A program made the position numbers and the translations under genes. This document shows positions 11,020 to 23,099 of a DNA stretch of 64,000 nt, in pieces. Every line of letters starts with the position of its first letter. The stretch's first letter is position 1. The notes under the pieces are model-generated. The model saw nothing but the letters and a program-made list of their open reading frames with translations, was not told the DNA's origin and ran no database searches. The stretch is from Mobula hypostoma. Taxonomy: Eukaryota. Location: the NCBI RefSeq assembly GCF_963921235.1, contig NC_086109.1, forward strand, positions 18,850,001 to 18,914,000. The letters run 5' to 3'.

Positions 11020-11252
11020 TGAGTCCTGGCCCTACGTCCTGTACCCAAGGAGGGGTCCCGGCTCTCTGTTCTGTGTGTGAGTCCCGGCCCTATGTCCTGT
11101 ACCCAAGGAGGGGTCCTGGCTCTCTGTTCTGTGTGCGAGTCCCGGCCCTATGTCCTGTACCCAAGGAGGGGTCCTGGCTCTCTGTTCTGTGTGCGAGTCC
11201 CGGCCCTATGTCCTGTACCCAAGGAGCGGTCCCGACTCTGTGTTCTGTGTAT
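11020..11252. repeat. 58-bp x4 tandem repeat inside the LTR
   Basis: gagtcccggccctatgtcctgtacccaaggaggggtcctggctctctgttctgtgtgc, period 58 (e.g. 11079, 11137). Confidence 0.95.
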
Positions 11253-12459
11253 GTGTCCATGGTTACATGTACCTGCTCTCCCGAGACCGAGGCTCTGTGC
11301 TCCCATGTTCCTCCTCTCCCTAGCTCATGCCACGTTCTTGCTTGGTTCTGGGGTCCGAGCCCGAGGCAAGACCCAGGTACTGGGTCCTTGCCCAGTCTCT
11401 GGCTTGGAGTCCATACCCTAGCCTCTTCATGTCTCCTCTAGTTCTGGGAGCCGATTCCGAGTCCAAGCCCAGACCCTTGGCCCCAGCCTAGTCGTAGTCC
11501 TGAGTCCTTGTCAGGTTCGCTATTTCCTGCTCCTGCCTTGCTCTCCTGGTATCGAACAATAAACTAAATCTAAGTAACCTCACAAGATGTCTTGTATTTG
11601 GGTCCACCCTTGATCCTATGCCCCCGTCAGTTTGACAGAAATAATATTAGTTGGCTGACTCCAGCAAAGAACTATCACAAGAAAGATAGAACGAATGACC
11701 TTGAATTATGTAATTTATTCCACAGTTCCAGATGGCAAGCTATCATTAGTTTTTATGACAGTGTTTCCCTTCTACACTTCATGGCTGGTCTTTCAACTTG
11801 AAGCAGTTTTGCTTTGCCTGCAAACGTTTGAGCTAATCCATTTATTTACATTAAGTAGCTGAATTAAAAGAGCGCAGGAGATGTTTTGTAATTACAATTC
11901 AATGCAAATTATCCAGAAATTTGAATTAAGTGATTTTGAATTAACATGGAATCACCCAAAGTAAGAGATCGTTTGTTAATGGAATGTTAAAGCAAGACCA
12001 CATCTGCCTTTTAGACTGACATAGTGGATCATTGGAAACAATTGTTGAGGAGTGGGGGAATCATCATAACTGTCTTGGACAATGATTATCTATCAATCAA
12101 AACCACTGAGTGAATTTTGCTCATTTATCTCAATGATGTTCTAGGAGATGTGACATCTGTAGAACTTCTACTAAATAGAGATGACATTATAAACATATTT
12201 TCAATTGCTTCATTCATCTTACCAAGTGGCCCCTTTCACATTGTTGAACCATTTTGTGAGCACAGAGTTCGAAGAAAACCAAAACTTGTTAGTTGAGTTT
12301 GAAGAGCACCTCACCCTGGTGGTGTCGTTATAAGGAAACCTTGCCTTGGGTGCAATTGCATGGGCACCTCAACTTGGGTTAGAGTTCCTTAGACATCTCA
12401 AAATATGCTGCAGGGTTGGTGTTCACTTCATGTACGAGAAAAAACTTTTATCAATTGAT

Positions 12460-12730
12460 ACCACAAGACATTGGAGCAGTACTCAGCCACTCAGCCCATC
12501 GAGTCTGCTCTGCTATTCAATCATGGCTGATTTATTAACCAACTCAACTTCATTCTTCGGTTTTCTCCCGTGACTAATCAAGAATCTATCAACCTCTACT
12601 TTAAATATACCCAATGACTTAGCCTCTACAGCTGCATGTTGCAATGAATTCCCCAGGTTCACCATCCTCTGGTTAAAGAAATTCCTCCTCATCGCTGTTC
12701 TAAAGGGACATCCTTGTATTCTGAGTCGGT
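12460..12730 (-). mobile_element. CR1 LINE 3' fragment
   Basis: LRIQGCPFRTAMRRNFFNQRMVNLGNSLQHAAVEAKSLGIFKVEVDRFL. Confidence 0.9.
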
Positions 12731-13339
12731 GCTGGTTGAGGACACCATATTGGGATCTTCTGCTCAACCAGCATTGCCCAAGAAGGGATGTTAGTAGATA
12801 GCATTAATTCCCCTCTCACATCAGTCCCCTTCCCATTCTTTAGAGAGATAGGTAGATAGATAGATCATTTATTGATTCCAAAGGAAATTACAGTGTCACA
12901 GTAGCATTACAAGAGCACAGATATACAAATATTAGACGAATATTTAATAAAGGGAGTGGCTTTTGAGGTAAATTGTTCCAGCTATTGTAACTCAAATCAG
13001 ACACAAAATCTAAGATCCGGTAGTTGTCCACTCTGTACTGGCAGATCAAAACATTTCAGTGGATAATGTCCCAGACAACTGCAGCAATGCTCACAGAATT
13101 GCCATTCATGAGACTGTTGGATGAATGCTTAATGCATTCCTGTGATTATTTTAGCAGAGCATTACAAAATAAACAATTCACAGTTGACAGAAAATGTGAT
13201 ATGAATAATTTAAAAGGTTTATCAGCTAACACTGTCAATGGTGATTTGGATTTTTATAAACATTCAATCGACTCATGACTTGGGAAATGTAAAGGCTAAC
13301 TTCATCATTTTCCATGTCCGGTAAGTCAATGAGAATCAT

Positions 13340-13657
13340 AAGGAGGTAAAAGGATCTTCAGCCCATCGAATCCACACTGTAAATCAGCCACACATTTACA
13401 CTAATCCTAAATTAATGCTCTTTTTCTATTTTGCTCCAATTTTCATCAATTCCACCACTGACCCTGCAGGTTCCACAAATCACTTGGGACACTTACAACT
13501 TCCAACTTGCTCTTCTTTGGGATGTGGGAGGAAATCTGTATGTTCACAGGGGGAGCGTGCAAACTTCACAAAGGCAACATTGGAGGTCAGGGTTGAACTC
13601 AGGTCTCTGACACTGGGTAGCAGTGACTCCACTAGCTGTGTCACTGTTGCACCCCTA
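13340..13657 (-). mobile_element. tRNA-derived V-SINE (HE1-like)
   Basis: tRNA-like head with B-box (gagttcaaccc) followed by the V-domain-like gtttgcacgctcccc...ttcctcccacatcccaaaga. Related copies at 18950-19305, 40110-40390 and 53940-54213 (all minus). Confidence 0.75.
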
Positions 13658-13694
13658 TAAGGAAGACAGAAAAGCCTGCTTTTTTTTAGAGCAG

Positions 13695-14335
13695 TTTTTT
13701 AAAAATCAAAATAGACTTTAGTCTTAATAAAAAAAAATCCAAGAATAAGCCATGAATCAAGAGTAAGCCTTTTCATCCTTACATTCATAGTCAATGCTTT
13801 CAGTATGGTTCTATTGTGTTCAGATGCGCATGGCCAAGTGGTTAAGGCATTGGACTAGTTACCTGAAGGTCGTGAGTTCGAGCCTCGGTCGAGGCGGCGT
13901 GTTGTGTCCTTGTGCAAGGCACTTAGCCACACATTGCTCCTGCATGTTTATAGCCCAGCGGCGACGGTTGGTGCAGTATGGACAAGATCAAGATCAAGCT
14001 CAAAATCAGATGCTGTTGCTAATCATGTGGCCCTCTGGGCTGTTATACTGCTACAATAACTGAGGGGTTTCCTCACCCAACGTGGCTCCTCCCTCTCCAG
14101 TAGCAGAAGAGCTCTACACTGTGGTCCTTCCCCAACGATTCCTTGCATTGGCTGCACCAAGCTTCAGTATGACTCTTAGCATGGAATGTGCCCACAGACA
14201 TCCCTATGTGCTGGCAGACTAAAGGGAGTCGTTCACCAAGATGATGATCAGCCAGCAGCCCTTGATGTTTGTCTCCGTGAGTGTCCCTGGGAAACAGCCT
14301 GTCAGCTCTTTCGTTCATATGACATCCCAGAATGC
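13695..14335 (-). mobile_element. Tx1/L1-clade LINE 3' fragment interrupted by a SINE
   Basis: Peptides LFPGTLTETNIKGCWLIIILVND and LKLGAANARNRWGRTTV*; A-rich 3' end. Confidence 0.6.
13826..14005 (+). mobile_element. tRNA-head CORE-like SINE, tail type 1 ((CAAGAT)n)
   Basis: A-box tggccaagtgg, B-box gagttcgagcc, core tgtgtccttg.gcaaggcactta. Confidence 0.8.
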
Positions 14336-14751
14336 TGAGGCCAGTTATGTACTTCTAAATGCATTCAGAAGGATTATTACCATAATGAAGGAAACAACAC
14401 ATTTCCAGGTTTTACACGTAGCAAGATCTCAATGCGGTATCGTTAGGAGAGATTTAAGAAAGATATTACTGTAGGTCCTGTTGAATTAAAAAAAAGGTAA
14501 AGTTCGGAATTTAAACGTAAATGCAGCTTTATTCCATTTGTTTAAAGGAGGGATAGCAGCAGACAACATCAAGGGGAGGAGAATCATGCAAATTGATAAA
14601 ATTGTTCAGCCTCAAATCATTGATAAAATGGATCAGCCATGACTGAATGGTGAAGCAGATTTGATGGGCCAAATGGCCTAATTCTGCTCCTATGTTTTAT
14701 GGTCTTATAATGAGAGGCCAATTGCATAAGGTTCATTTTACCTAAGATTAT

Positions 14752-15302
14752 TTAGATTTTAGATTATGAGAACACTCAGTCCTCACTTATTGTCATTTAG
14801 AAATGCATAAATGCATTAAGAAATGATACATTGTTTCTCCGGAGTGATATCACAGAAAACAAGACAGACCAAAGACTAACACTGACAGAACCACATAACT
14901 ATTATATATAGTTACAGCAGTGCAAAACGATACCATAATTTGATAAAGAACAGACCATGGGCACAGTAAAAAAAAGTCTCAAAGTCCCGAGTCGATTGAC
15001 TCCCGAGTCCCCGATAGCAGGTGGCAAAAGGGAGAAACTCCCTGCCATAAACCTCCAGGCACTGTCAACTTGCCGATACCTTGGAAGCAGCCGACCCCAG
15101 CCGACCCTGAGTCCATCCGTCCGAAAACTCCGAGCTTCCGAGCAGCCTCTCCGATACCGCCTCCCGAGCACCATCCTCTGCTGAGCGCCTTCGACCTCTC
15201 CCCGGCCGCTGAAGCACACAAAGCCGAGGATTTCGGGGCCTTCAGCTCCGGAGATTCCGGTTACCACACAGTAGCAGCGGCAGCAAAGTGGCATTTCAGA
15301 AG
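14752..15302 (-). mobile_element. Non-autonomous LINE-derived element, (TCTAA)n family, 5'-truncated
   Basis: Collinear with 37292-37820. Confidence 0.85.
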
Positions 15303-15344
15303 TGAAGCTTAATAAAGATTTTAGAAATGAGAATTAGATTTGTA

Positions 15345-15785
15345 CACTCAGTTAGGTACACCTCTATGCATGTTTGCTAATGCAAATATCTGATCAGCCA
15401 ATCATGTGGCAGCAACTTAATGCATAAAAGCATGCAACGTGATCAAGGGTTCAGTTGTTGTTCAGACCAAACATCAGAATGGGGTAGAAATGTAATCTAA
15501 GTGGACTTTGACCATGGAATGATTGTTGGTGCCAGATGGAGTGGTTTCTTAAAAATGTCAAATCTCCTGGAAATTTCACACACAACATTCTCTAGAGTGT
15601 ACAGCGAATAGTGCAAAAACCAAAATAAAAATGGCATCCAGTGAGTGGCAATCCTATGGGTGAAAATGCCTCGTTAATGAGGGTGGTCAGAGGGGAATGG
15701 CCATACAGGTTCAAGCTGACAGAGAGTAACTCAAATAACTACACACCTTATCACAGTGATGTGCAGAAGAGCTGCTCCGAACACA
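15345..15785 (+). mobile_element. Tc1-derived non-autonomous element (same family as 3980-4545)
   Basis: Begins TA|cactcag...ttaggtacacct; reverse-complement match to 4230-4545. Confidence 0.8.
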
Positions 15786-16029
15786 TAAGAAACTCAGTTG
15801 CACGACTACAGGAAAAGAACAAGAGAGGGAATTGACTCACAGGCTGAATGGACTCCCTGTGTGAAATTCGACAGAAATAAATACAAACCAATCTAGATAT
15901 TGTGGGTAGAAGCAGTTGTTTATTCAATAGTTGGATGTTTCTTAAATAAATAGTCACCAAGATGTTGACTATGATGAATTAATAATGTTATTTGATGAAT
16001 TTATTGTTTGATAACATGTAGCTTCCTTT

Positions 16030-17507
16030 CTCTCTAAGGACATGCACGGAATCTAGGCTAAGATGGTAAATAAGGAGTGAAAAGGTGAAATTTGAAGGTA
16101 AGCTAGCCGGTGATGTAAAAGAGGATACCAAAAAAAATTTTTTTTTTTCAGATTTAAAGAACAAAAGAGATGCAAGAGTTGACATCAGACTTCTGGAAAA
16201 TGATGCTGAAGAGTTAGTAATGTGGAAACAAAGAAATGGTTGATGAACTGAATAAGTATTCACTTTGGAAGTCACCAGCAGCATGCCTGAAGTTAAAAAG
16301 TGCCAGGGGCAGAAGTGAGTGTAGTTGCTATGACTAAGGAGAAGATGCTTGGGAAGCTGAAAGGTCTGAAGGTCGATAAGTCAGGTGGACTCCACTCCAA
16401 GGTTCTGAAAGAGGTAGCTGAAGAAATTTATGAGGCACTTGTAGTGATCTTCCAAGAATCAGTGAATTCTGGAACGGTTCCAGAGGATTGGAAAATTGCA
16501 AATGCCACTCACAGTTTCAGAAGGAAGAGAGGGAGGCAGAAGACATAGGCCAGTTAGCCTGACTTTTGTGGTAGGCGAGATGATGCATCCTATATAAACG
16601 ATGAGGTTTCGAGGTACTTGGAGTCATATAATAAAATAGGCCAAAGTCAGCAGGAAACTATTACCTGACAAATGTTTTGGATTTCTTTGAGGAAATAACA
16701 GACAAGATAGTCAAAGGAGAATCAGTGCATGTTTTTACTTGGATTTTCAGAGGACCTTTGGCAAGGCACCACACATGAGGCTGCTCAAAAAAATAAGATC
16801 CCATACTATTATAGGAAAGATACTAGCACGGGGAGGAGATTTGCTGAGTGTCAGAAGCAAATGGAGGGAATAAAGGGGGCTTTTACTGGTTAGTGACTAG
16901 TGATGTTCCACAGGGGTCAGTTAATTTTTTTGGGTCACTACTTTTCACATATTTTAATGATCAGATGATGGAATTGATGGCTTTGTGACCAAATTTGTGG
17001 ATTCTACATAGATAGGTGGAGGGGCAGAGGTGTTGTAGGGAATTGTATGGTCATGCACTTGATAGAAGGAATAAAGGCATGGACTATTTTCTAAACAGGG
17101 AGAAAATTCAAAAGATAGAGGTGCAAAGGGACTTGGAAGTCCTCGTGTAGGACTCCTTAGAGGTTAACTTGCAGGTTAAGTCAGCAGTAAGAAAGGCAAA
17201 TGCATTGTTAGCATTCATTTCAAGAGAACAAGAATATAAAAGCAGGGATTTAATGCTGAGGCTTTATAAGACATTGGTCAGACTGCACCTGGAGTATTGT
17301 GAGCAGATTTGGGCCGCTTAGCTAAGAAAGGATTTGCTGGCATTGGAGAGCGCCCAGAAGAGGTTTACAAGAATGATGCTGGGAGTGAAAGGGTTAAGGT
17401 ATGAAGGGCGGTTGATGGCTCTGGGCCTGTACTCGCTGAAGATTAGAAAAAATGGTGAGGAGGAGGGGGATCACATTGAAACCTATTGAATATTGAAAGG
17501 CCTAGAT
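16030..17507 (+). mobile_element. Decayed CR1 ORF2 (RT) fragment
   Basis: KLKGLKVDKS...VLKEVAEEI...IFQESVNSGTVPEDWKIAN; collinear with 52050-53590; many stops and indels. Confidence 0.92.
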
Positions 17508-18231
17508 ACTTTGTGATATTTTACCAGAGAGATAGTTCTCATATATAATGATCATCCTGAAGTATTAATTCAGTTTCTTTCTCTAAAGATGCTTCCTGAC
17601 TTGCTAAACACTTTCAGCATTTATTTTTCCTTCAGACTTCCAGGTTCCACAGCATTTTATTTTTCCACAGGCTGGAGCTTTGTTTCTTTTGCTTTTGGCT
17701 GAATTCAGCAAAATGTTATGTCCCAGGCCCGTGTGTCCTTCCAGAAGGAATAGAGGTTGAATGGGTTTATTTTGAAGATGTACAATAGAAAACATTCTAA
17801 TACCTTGGCCTGACAAATATTGCTTCAACAGCAGTCCTAAAATAGTATTTCGCCATTATCAAATTGAAATCCTGCTGTGTGTGAACTTCATCTACTTTTC
17901 CCACACTAGTAGCTCCACTTCACAAGCTGCAAAGTGTTTTGAAACACTATGGAAGATGTTGTAGAAATGCCAGACTTTCTGTCAACTCAAGTTCTCCGCT
18001 CGTGTCCAAGTCAAACCTGTTATTAACTTCATCAATTCCCTCTACTCTCCTTGTGTTCAAGAACCACTAAAGTGTCCACTTATCAATGATCAACTTTATT
18101 TGTGATACACATTTACATGTGTTAGGAGTTTGCTGTGATGTGTTGGCATGATATGCAACAAAAAACAACATTGCACAGTTAGAAAGAATAAGGAATTAAA
18201 GTAAAAGTAAAAGGTATAGATACGAAATAAC

Positions 18232-18432
18232 TTATACAAAGTGCTGGAAGAACTCAGTAGGTCAGGCAGCACATATGGAAAGGAATAAAGAGTCGACATG
18301 ATGAAAGGTCACAGCCTGAAATTTCGGCTCATTAATCCTCTCCATAGATGCTGCCTGACCAGCTGAGTCCCTCCAGCACTGTGTGTGTGTTACTCTGGAT
18401 CTCCAGCATCTGCACAATCTCTTGTGTTCCTG
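18232..18432. mobile_element. Penelope terminal fragment in head-to-head inverted arrangement around a decayed hammerhead motif
   Basis: Arms 18236-18296 and 18323-18384 are reverse complements; centre tgatgaaaggtcacagcctgaaatttcg. Confidence 0.7.
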
Positions 18433-19312
18433 CTTTGGAATAAACTGTGCATAAATATATAAACAACAGCACGTGTTTGCAATATTATAAAAGCATTTAC
18501 GGCACAGTGCAATGACTAGGGTAATAGACAGAGAGGGTCTAACTAGAATGATCGATCTGATTAACTGCTTGGGAGAAGAAACTTTTTAGATGACATGAAG
18601 TCTTTGCTTTGATAGCCCAATGGAGGTTTCCAAAAGGATAGCATCCCATTCTATATCAGAATATAGGATTAGGAGTTGGCCAGATGGGTGGGAGGTTGAT
18701 GCATTGATGCTTTGCTGCTGCTTACGTGGGGGAGGGGGGAGAGGAAGCTTTGGGGTGAGGTCCTAATGTTTTTTCTGTCATTTATTCTTTTGTGATCCTT
18801 CTGTTTTTCATGCATGTCCGGGAAGACAAGTATTTCAGGTTGTATATTGTATACATTCTCTGATAATAAACAGAAGCATATGAACAATAATCTCCCTCAC
18901 GCATGAGCTTCTGTCCTAGCTATATATTTCAAATATTCACATTTCCTTACGGTATAGGAGGAGGCCATTCAGCCCAATAAGTCCATCCTGGCTCTCAAAG
19001 CATAACCTTCATTTCCTTTCTCCTATGTACCTCTGTGTAACCTATTCTCTATTGCATGTCCATCTTCAAGTCTTCCCCTCCCCGCCTCCAGTTCTCCTGT
19101 CACCCACCTACGCATGGAGCAAGGAGTAGTTTAAAGCATCCAAGTAGTTTGTGCGTATATGGTTCAGATGTGGGAAAGAAACCCAGGACTTGTAGTCACA
19201 TGGAGAATTTGTAAACTCCACATCGACAACACCCAAGGTCAGGATTGAATCTGGGTTACCCGAGATGGGCAGCAACCAGCACTAACCGCTGCACCATTAT
19301 GCTGTGATGGAT

Positions 19313-19439
19313 TCTGTAGATGCTAGAAATCTTGAGGTTCTCAGCAGGTCAGGCAGCACCTATGGAGGGGAATAGCAGAGGACACTTCCAGCTGAGACCA
19401 TTCGTAGATGCTGCCTGACCTGCAGAGTTCCTCAAGATT
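19313..19439. repeat. Penelope-derived inverted repeat (37-bp arms)
   Basis: 19328-19364 versus the reverse complement of 19403-19439: 32/37 identical. Confidence 0.85.
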
Positions 19440-20013
19440 CAAGACTCTATCTGCCACGTGTACATCAAAACATACAGCGAAATGCGTCATTTACATTGAC
19501 ATCCAGCGCACCCGAGAGTTTGCTGGGGGAGGCCTGCTTTTGAGACCACACATTCTGGCACCAAAAACGCTCGGCAGAACAACAAAACAACAGCAGCAAA
19601 ACAAGTCGGTTTCTACCTCCCATCACCTACCCATATACATCCCAGGACAGGCATTTAGCTGCCAGCCTCCAGCTGCCGCCTTTTCTGCTTTTCTTGATTT
19701 CCTTAGTGTCCAAGGTACTGTTTAACTCAGTCTTGAATACATCCAGTAACTAAGCAACACAGGACCCTGCCCTTTAGTTTACAAATTGCCAAAGACTGCC
19801 AATCTGCAGCAAAGAGACTCTTCTTCCTCTAGCTCCTCCCTTGTATAACTAAGTAGCAGGCTCCACTCATAGCAGTAAGTGTAAGGATGTCGACAGGATT
19901 TTACTGCCTTGCTGGGACAGAAATATAATATTCACTCCCGGGAACCAGACATCACTTGCATTTGCAACAGGTTGCCTGCCCAGAAGTAAAGCGTCAGGAA
20001 CAGACAAATATTA

Positions 20014-20571
20014 CTCATTTGTCCACTTTATTAGGTACCCCCTGCACTTAAAAATGTGGCCAGTGAATGTATATTATGGCCTCCTGTTGCTCTAGCCCAT
20101 TCACTTCAAGGTACTAGAATGGTGTGCATACAGAGACGCTCTTCTGCACACTTCTGTCGTAGCCTGTAGTCACTTTCCAGTCAGCTTGCACCAGTCTGGC
20201 CTTTCTCCTCTGACCTGTCTCATTAATTCGCCGCTTTCATGACCAGAACTGCCACTTACTGGACGTTTGTTTTGTTTTTTTTGTACCAGTCTCAGCAAAC
20301 CCTTGAGACTGCTGTCCATGAAAATCCTAGGAGATCAGCAGATTCTGAGAAACTCAGCCCACCCTGCTTGACACCAGCAATCATTCCACAGTCATTTAGT
20401 CACTTAGATCACACTTCTTCCACATTCTGATGCTTGTTCTGAACAGCAACTGAAACTCGTGACCATGCCTGCATGCTCCTATGCATTGAGTTGTTGCCAC
20501 ATGATTGGCCGATTACATATTGCATTAATGAGCAGGTGTACAATTATACCTATTAAAGTGGCCACTGGGTG
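20014..20571 (-). mobile_element. Tc1-derived non-autonomous element (third copy)
   Basis: TIRs ccactttattaggtac... and ...acctattaaagtggccactgggtg|TA; body collinear with 3980-4545. Confidence 0.85.
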
Positions 20572-21634
20572 TACTTTGAAGGGTATGTACTGTGTTGTAA
20601 AAAATTGAGAAGCCAATATTCTAAGCACAACAACAAAATTAAACAACATTTTTTTTCAAAATGTCCATGCATTTTTTATTAAGCTGAGAAGACTTATGCA
20701 AATTCTTCTTTCTGGCTTAAGAATGCAAAGACAGAAACTGTGACCTTGTTTTAATGTTTCTTACTCTTTAAGGATAGTCATTCAATTTTCTTCCTGACAC
20801 AAATGAACAACCCAAAATAATTTGTTCTTTCAGCCCCAATCATCTTCTAATATTGTGAATTATGCGCACATTGGTTAATAATGTAGGGTCGTTAATTTTC
20901 CCCCTCTTTTTCTCCTGTTTAATCTTTCATGGGATTGTTCATTTGGTTCCATTTTAGTTTATCTTTGAATGTTTGATCTCAGCTGCCTTCCCCATGAATA
21001 CTTTATTTAGCAAAAGGCTGCTTCAAGGCCCCAGTTATGTCCATATTTTATTTCATGTCACCATCTCATTACATACCAGTCACTCACAGATCTCCCACGG
21101 CAGCGCCCACTAATTAACACCCTTTTATCAAAATTATTAGAAGACACAACAGGATGAAGTGGAGAGGAGTTCTCCTTGGTGTCCTAGGGCCAATATTAAT
21201 CCCACAACCAACATTTTAAGAGGACATCTAGTATTCACTGGCTGTGAAATGCTTAACTCTTTTGAGAGAATCTTTTATTCCGCTGCTAACTTGTCACTGA
21301 AAAGTTCCTCTTAGTGGAAGTAAATGGTGAAGAAAAATCCAAGGGACATTGATCAAGATATGTAAAAGAATAGTTGCAGGATTATGTGGGAATAAGAAGA
21401 ATGGATTGACAATATTGTTCTGCTGGGCGCTGGCATGAACCTAATGAGCTGAATGGCTTCATGCCGTGAATAGAAGAGTATTGGTTCTCTAGTACAAGAC
21501 CCAGGCCTGCTCAAGTCCAACAGCTCTGGAGTGTGCAACACGTAACACGGATAAAATAGTATCATGTGCTTCTAAAAGCCAAATTAGCTAATTTGGTCTG
21601 ATGCTATAAGAAGGTTTTCATTTGTTCTATCATC

Positions 21635-21915
21635 CCTCCTTTGGTCAATATGCAACTCAGCCCAAAGATGTGCTGGGGTCAGCCTACAAGTGTGGCCATG
21701 CTTTTAGTGCCAATAAAACATGCCCACGATTTACTAATCCTAACCCATACATTTTTCTGGAGCGTGGGAAGATACCGAAGCACCTGGAGGAAATCCATGT
21801 GCTCACTGGGAGAACTTACAACCTCCTTACAGACAGCAGTGGGAATTGAACCCTGATCTTTCAATCAGTGGTACTGCAAAGTGTTTTGCTAACAGCTACC
21901 CTATCATGACACCCT
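21635..21915 (-). mobile_element. V-SINE subfamily with LINE-type tail
   Basis: Similar to 33555-33870 (+), 38700-39880 (+), 19435-19600 (-) and 27200-27350 (-). Confidence 0.65.
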
Positions 21916-21977
21916 TACCTGTTTTAACTCAATAACTGGTCCTTTGTTTAAAAATTTACTTTTTAAAATTAATTAAG

Positions 21978-22569
21978 TGAACACCCCCTCCACCCTGGTT
22001 TCCTTGGGCTGCCCAAGTCCAGGGAAAACACACTCTGGTCTTGCCTAATCCGTGAGATTGGGACAGCTCTCCCAACCCAAACCCTGGTTTGTGTGGATAT
22101 GGATGCTATCCTGTTACAACTCGGTGCCAAGAAATAACAAGCAGGACACTGCATGCAATTAAAGGAATTATATTTATGAATCTTAACTTAACTAAAGTAA
22201 AGAAAAGAAACAAAAAAAACAAAAAAGGGCCCATTATAATTAAACAGTGAAATGTGCACAAGTTGGAGCTCAACTCTTCCAAAAGTCATATTCACCGATG
22301 CTCAGTAGACCCCGGCACCTTGCTCCATCAAATCACGGGTCCCCACTGGGTCAAATCCTACGACTCATTCTCTCCAGCATCTTCTCTCTTCATCTCCCAC
22401 TGAACAAAGGACCCAGCTCACACCAGTGTCAGGCACACAACACAAAAACACACTCTCCTCATTAGACAGCTCACATTCCAAAGCACCCGTTATCGCTAAC
22501 CATAACCCAAACACTGCTTCTACAGAAAGACCATTACATTAGCAGAGAAATCTTTCCCAGGACGTTACA
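21978..22569 (-). mobile_element. Solo LTR of the PNMA-gag Gypsy family
   Basis: TG...CA termini; flanks TAAG/TAGG; reverse complement matches 4850-4960 (gctaatgtaatggt...gcagtgt.tgggttatg...gctttggaatgtg). Confidence 0.85.
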
Positions 22570-22924
22570 TAGGTTTAGATAAATATGAGCAATAAATTTA
22601 TAATATCAGTGCGTGAAATAAGTTTTTTGAATTGTAGGCATCCTTGCAATATATTAATTGACTACAGTATGCTGTCCTTAGTATGTAGATGAGTGGTAGA
22701 ATTTAGGAATGATTAATAGGAATGAGGAGAGAATTAGTGTTAAATTTGTGTAAATATGTGACTGATAGTTGGCTTGAAATTGGTGGACTGATGGCCTGTT
22801 CCTGAGCTTGACAACTCACAGGCTCCCTAGCAATCATTCCAGCTATTGAATGGTGAAGCTAAGAGAGAAACCAAGAGAAGTCACAGTTATTTCCAAGAAG
22901 CTAAGACAAACTCGGACACCAAAT

Positions 22925-23068
22925 TGAGTCCTGATGAAGGGACTTAGCAAGAAACGTCAACTGTTTATTATTTTCTATAGATATTGCCTGGCCTGCTGAG
23001 TTCTTCCAGCACTTTGTGTGTGTGTTGCCCTGGATTTCCAGCATCTTTAGATTTTCTCGTGTTTGTGA
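22925..23068 (+). mobile_element. Penelope terminal fragment with hammerhead core (stem II disrupted)
   Basis: agtc-CTGATGA-agggacttagcaa-GAAA-cGTC-aact at 22927-22962. Confidence 0.75.
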
Positions 23069-23099
23069 TTCCACGCTCCTGTGTATCTGCATTGCGTTT

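Larger units (their letters stand above)
10013..11637 (+). mobile_element. Large solo LTR (1625 bp) with internal GC-rich tandem arrays
   Basis: TGTCA...TGACA termini; perfect 5-bp TSD GAAAT (10008-10012, 11638-11642); AATAAA near 11558; CpG-rich, which suggests it is young. Confidence 0.9.

Noticed and set aside
10425..11252. Tandem repeats resembling a CRISPR array
   Set aside because: Units are contiguous with no unique spacers, there are no cas genes, and they lie inside a TSD-bounded LTR in a vertebrate genome.
10789..11441. ORFs up to 207 aa with repeated Cys/Pro peptides
   Set aside because: By-product of GC-rich tandem repeats; frames shift with the 58-bp period.
13826..13900. tRNA-like sequences (also about 28540-28610, 44360-44430, 61214-61285)
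   Set aside because: They are SINE heads running into core and tail sequence, with TSDs in two cases; no convincing cloverleaf or terminator.
14902..15312. Similar ORFs at 14.9-15.3 kb and 37.4-37.8 kb suggesting a gene family
   Set aside because: Similarity reflects copies of one repeat; frames differ between copies and no domain is recognisable.
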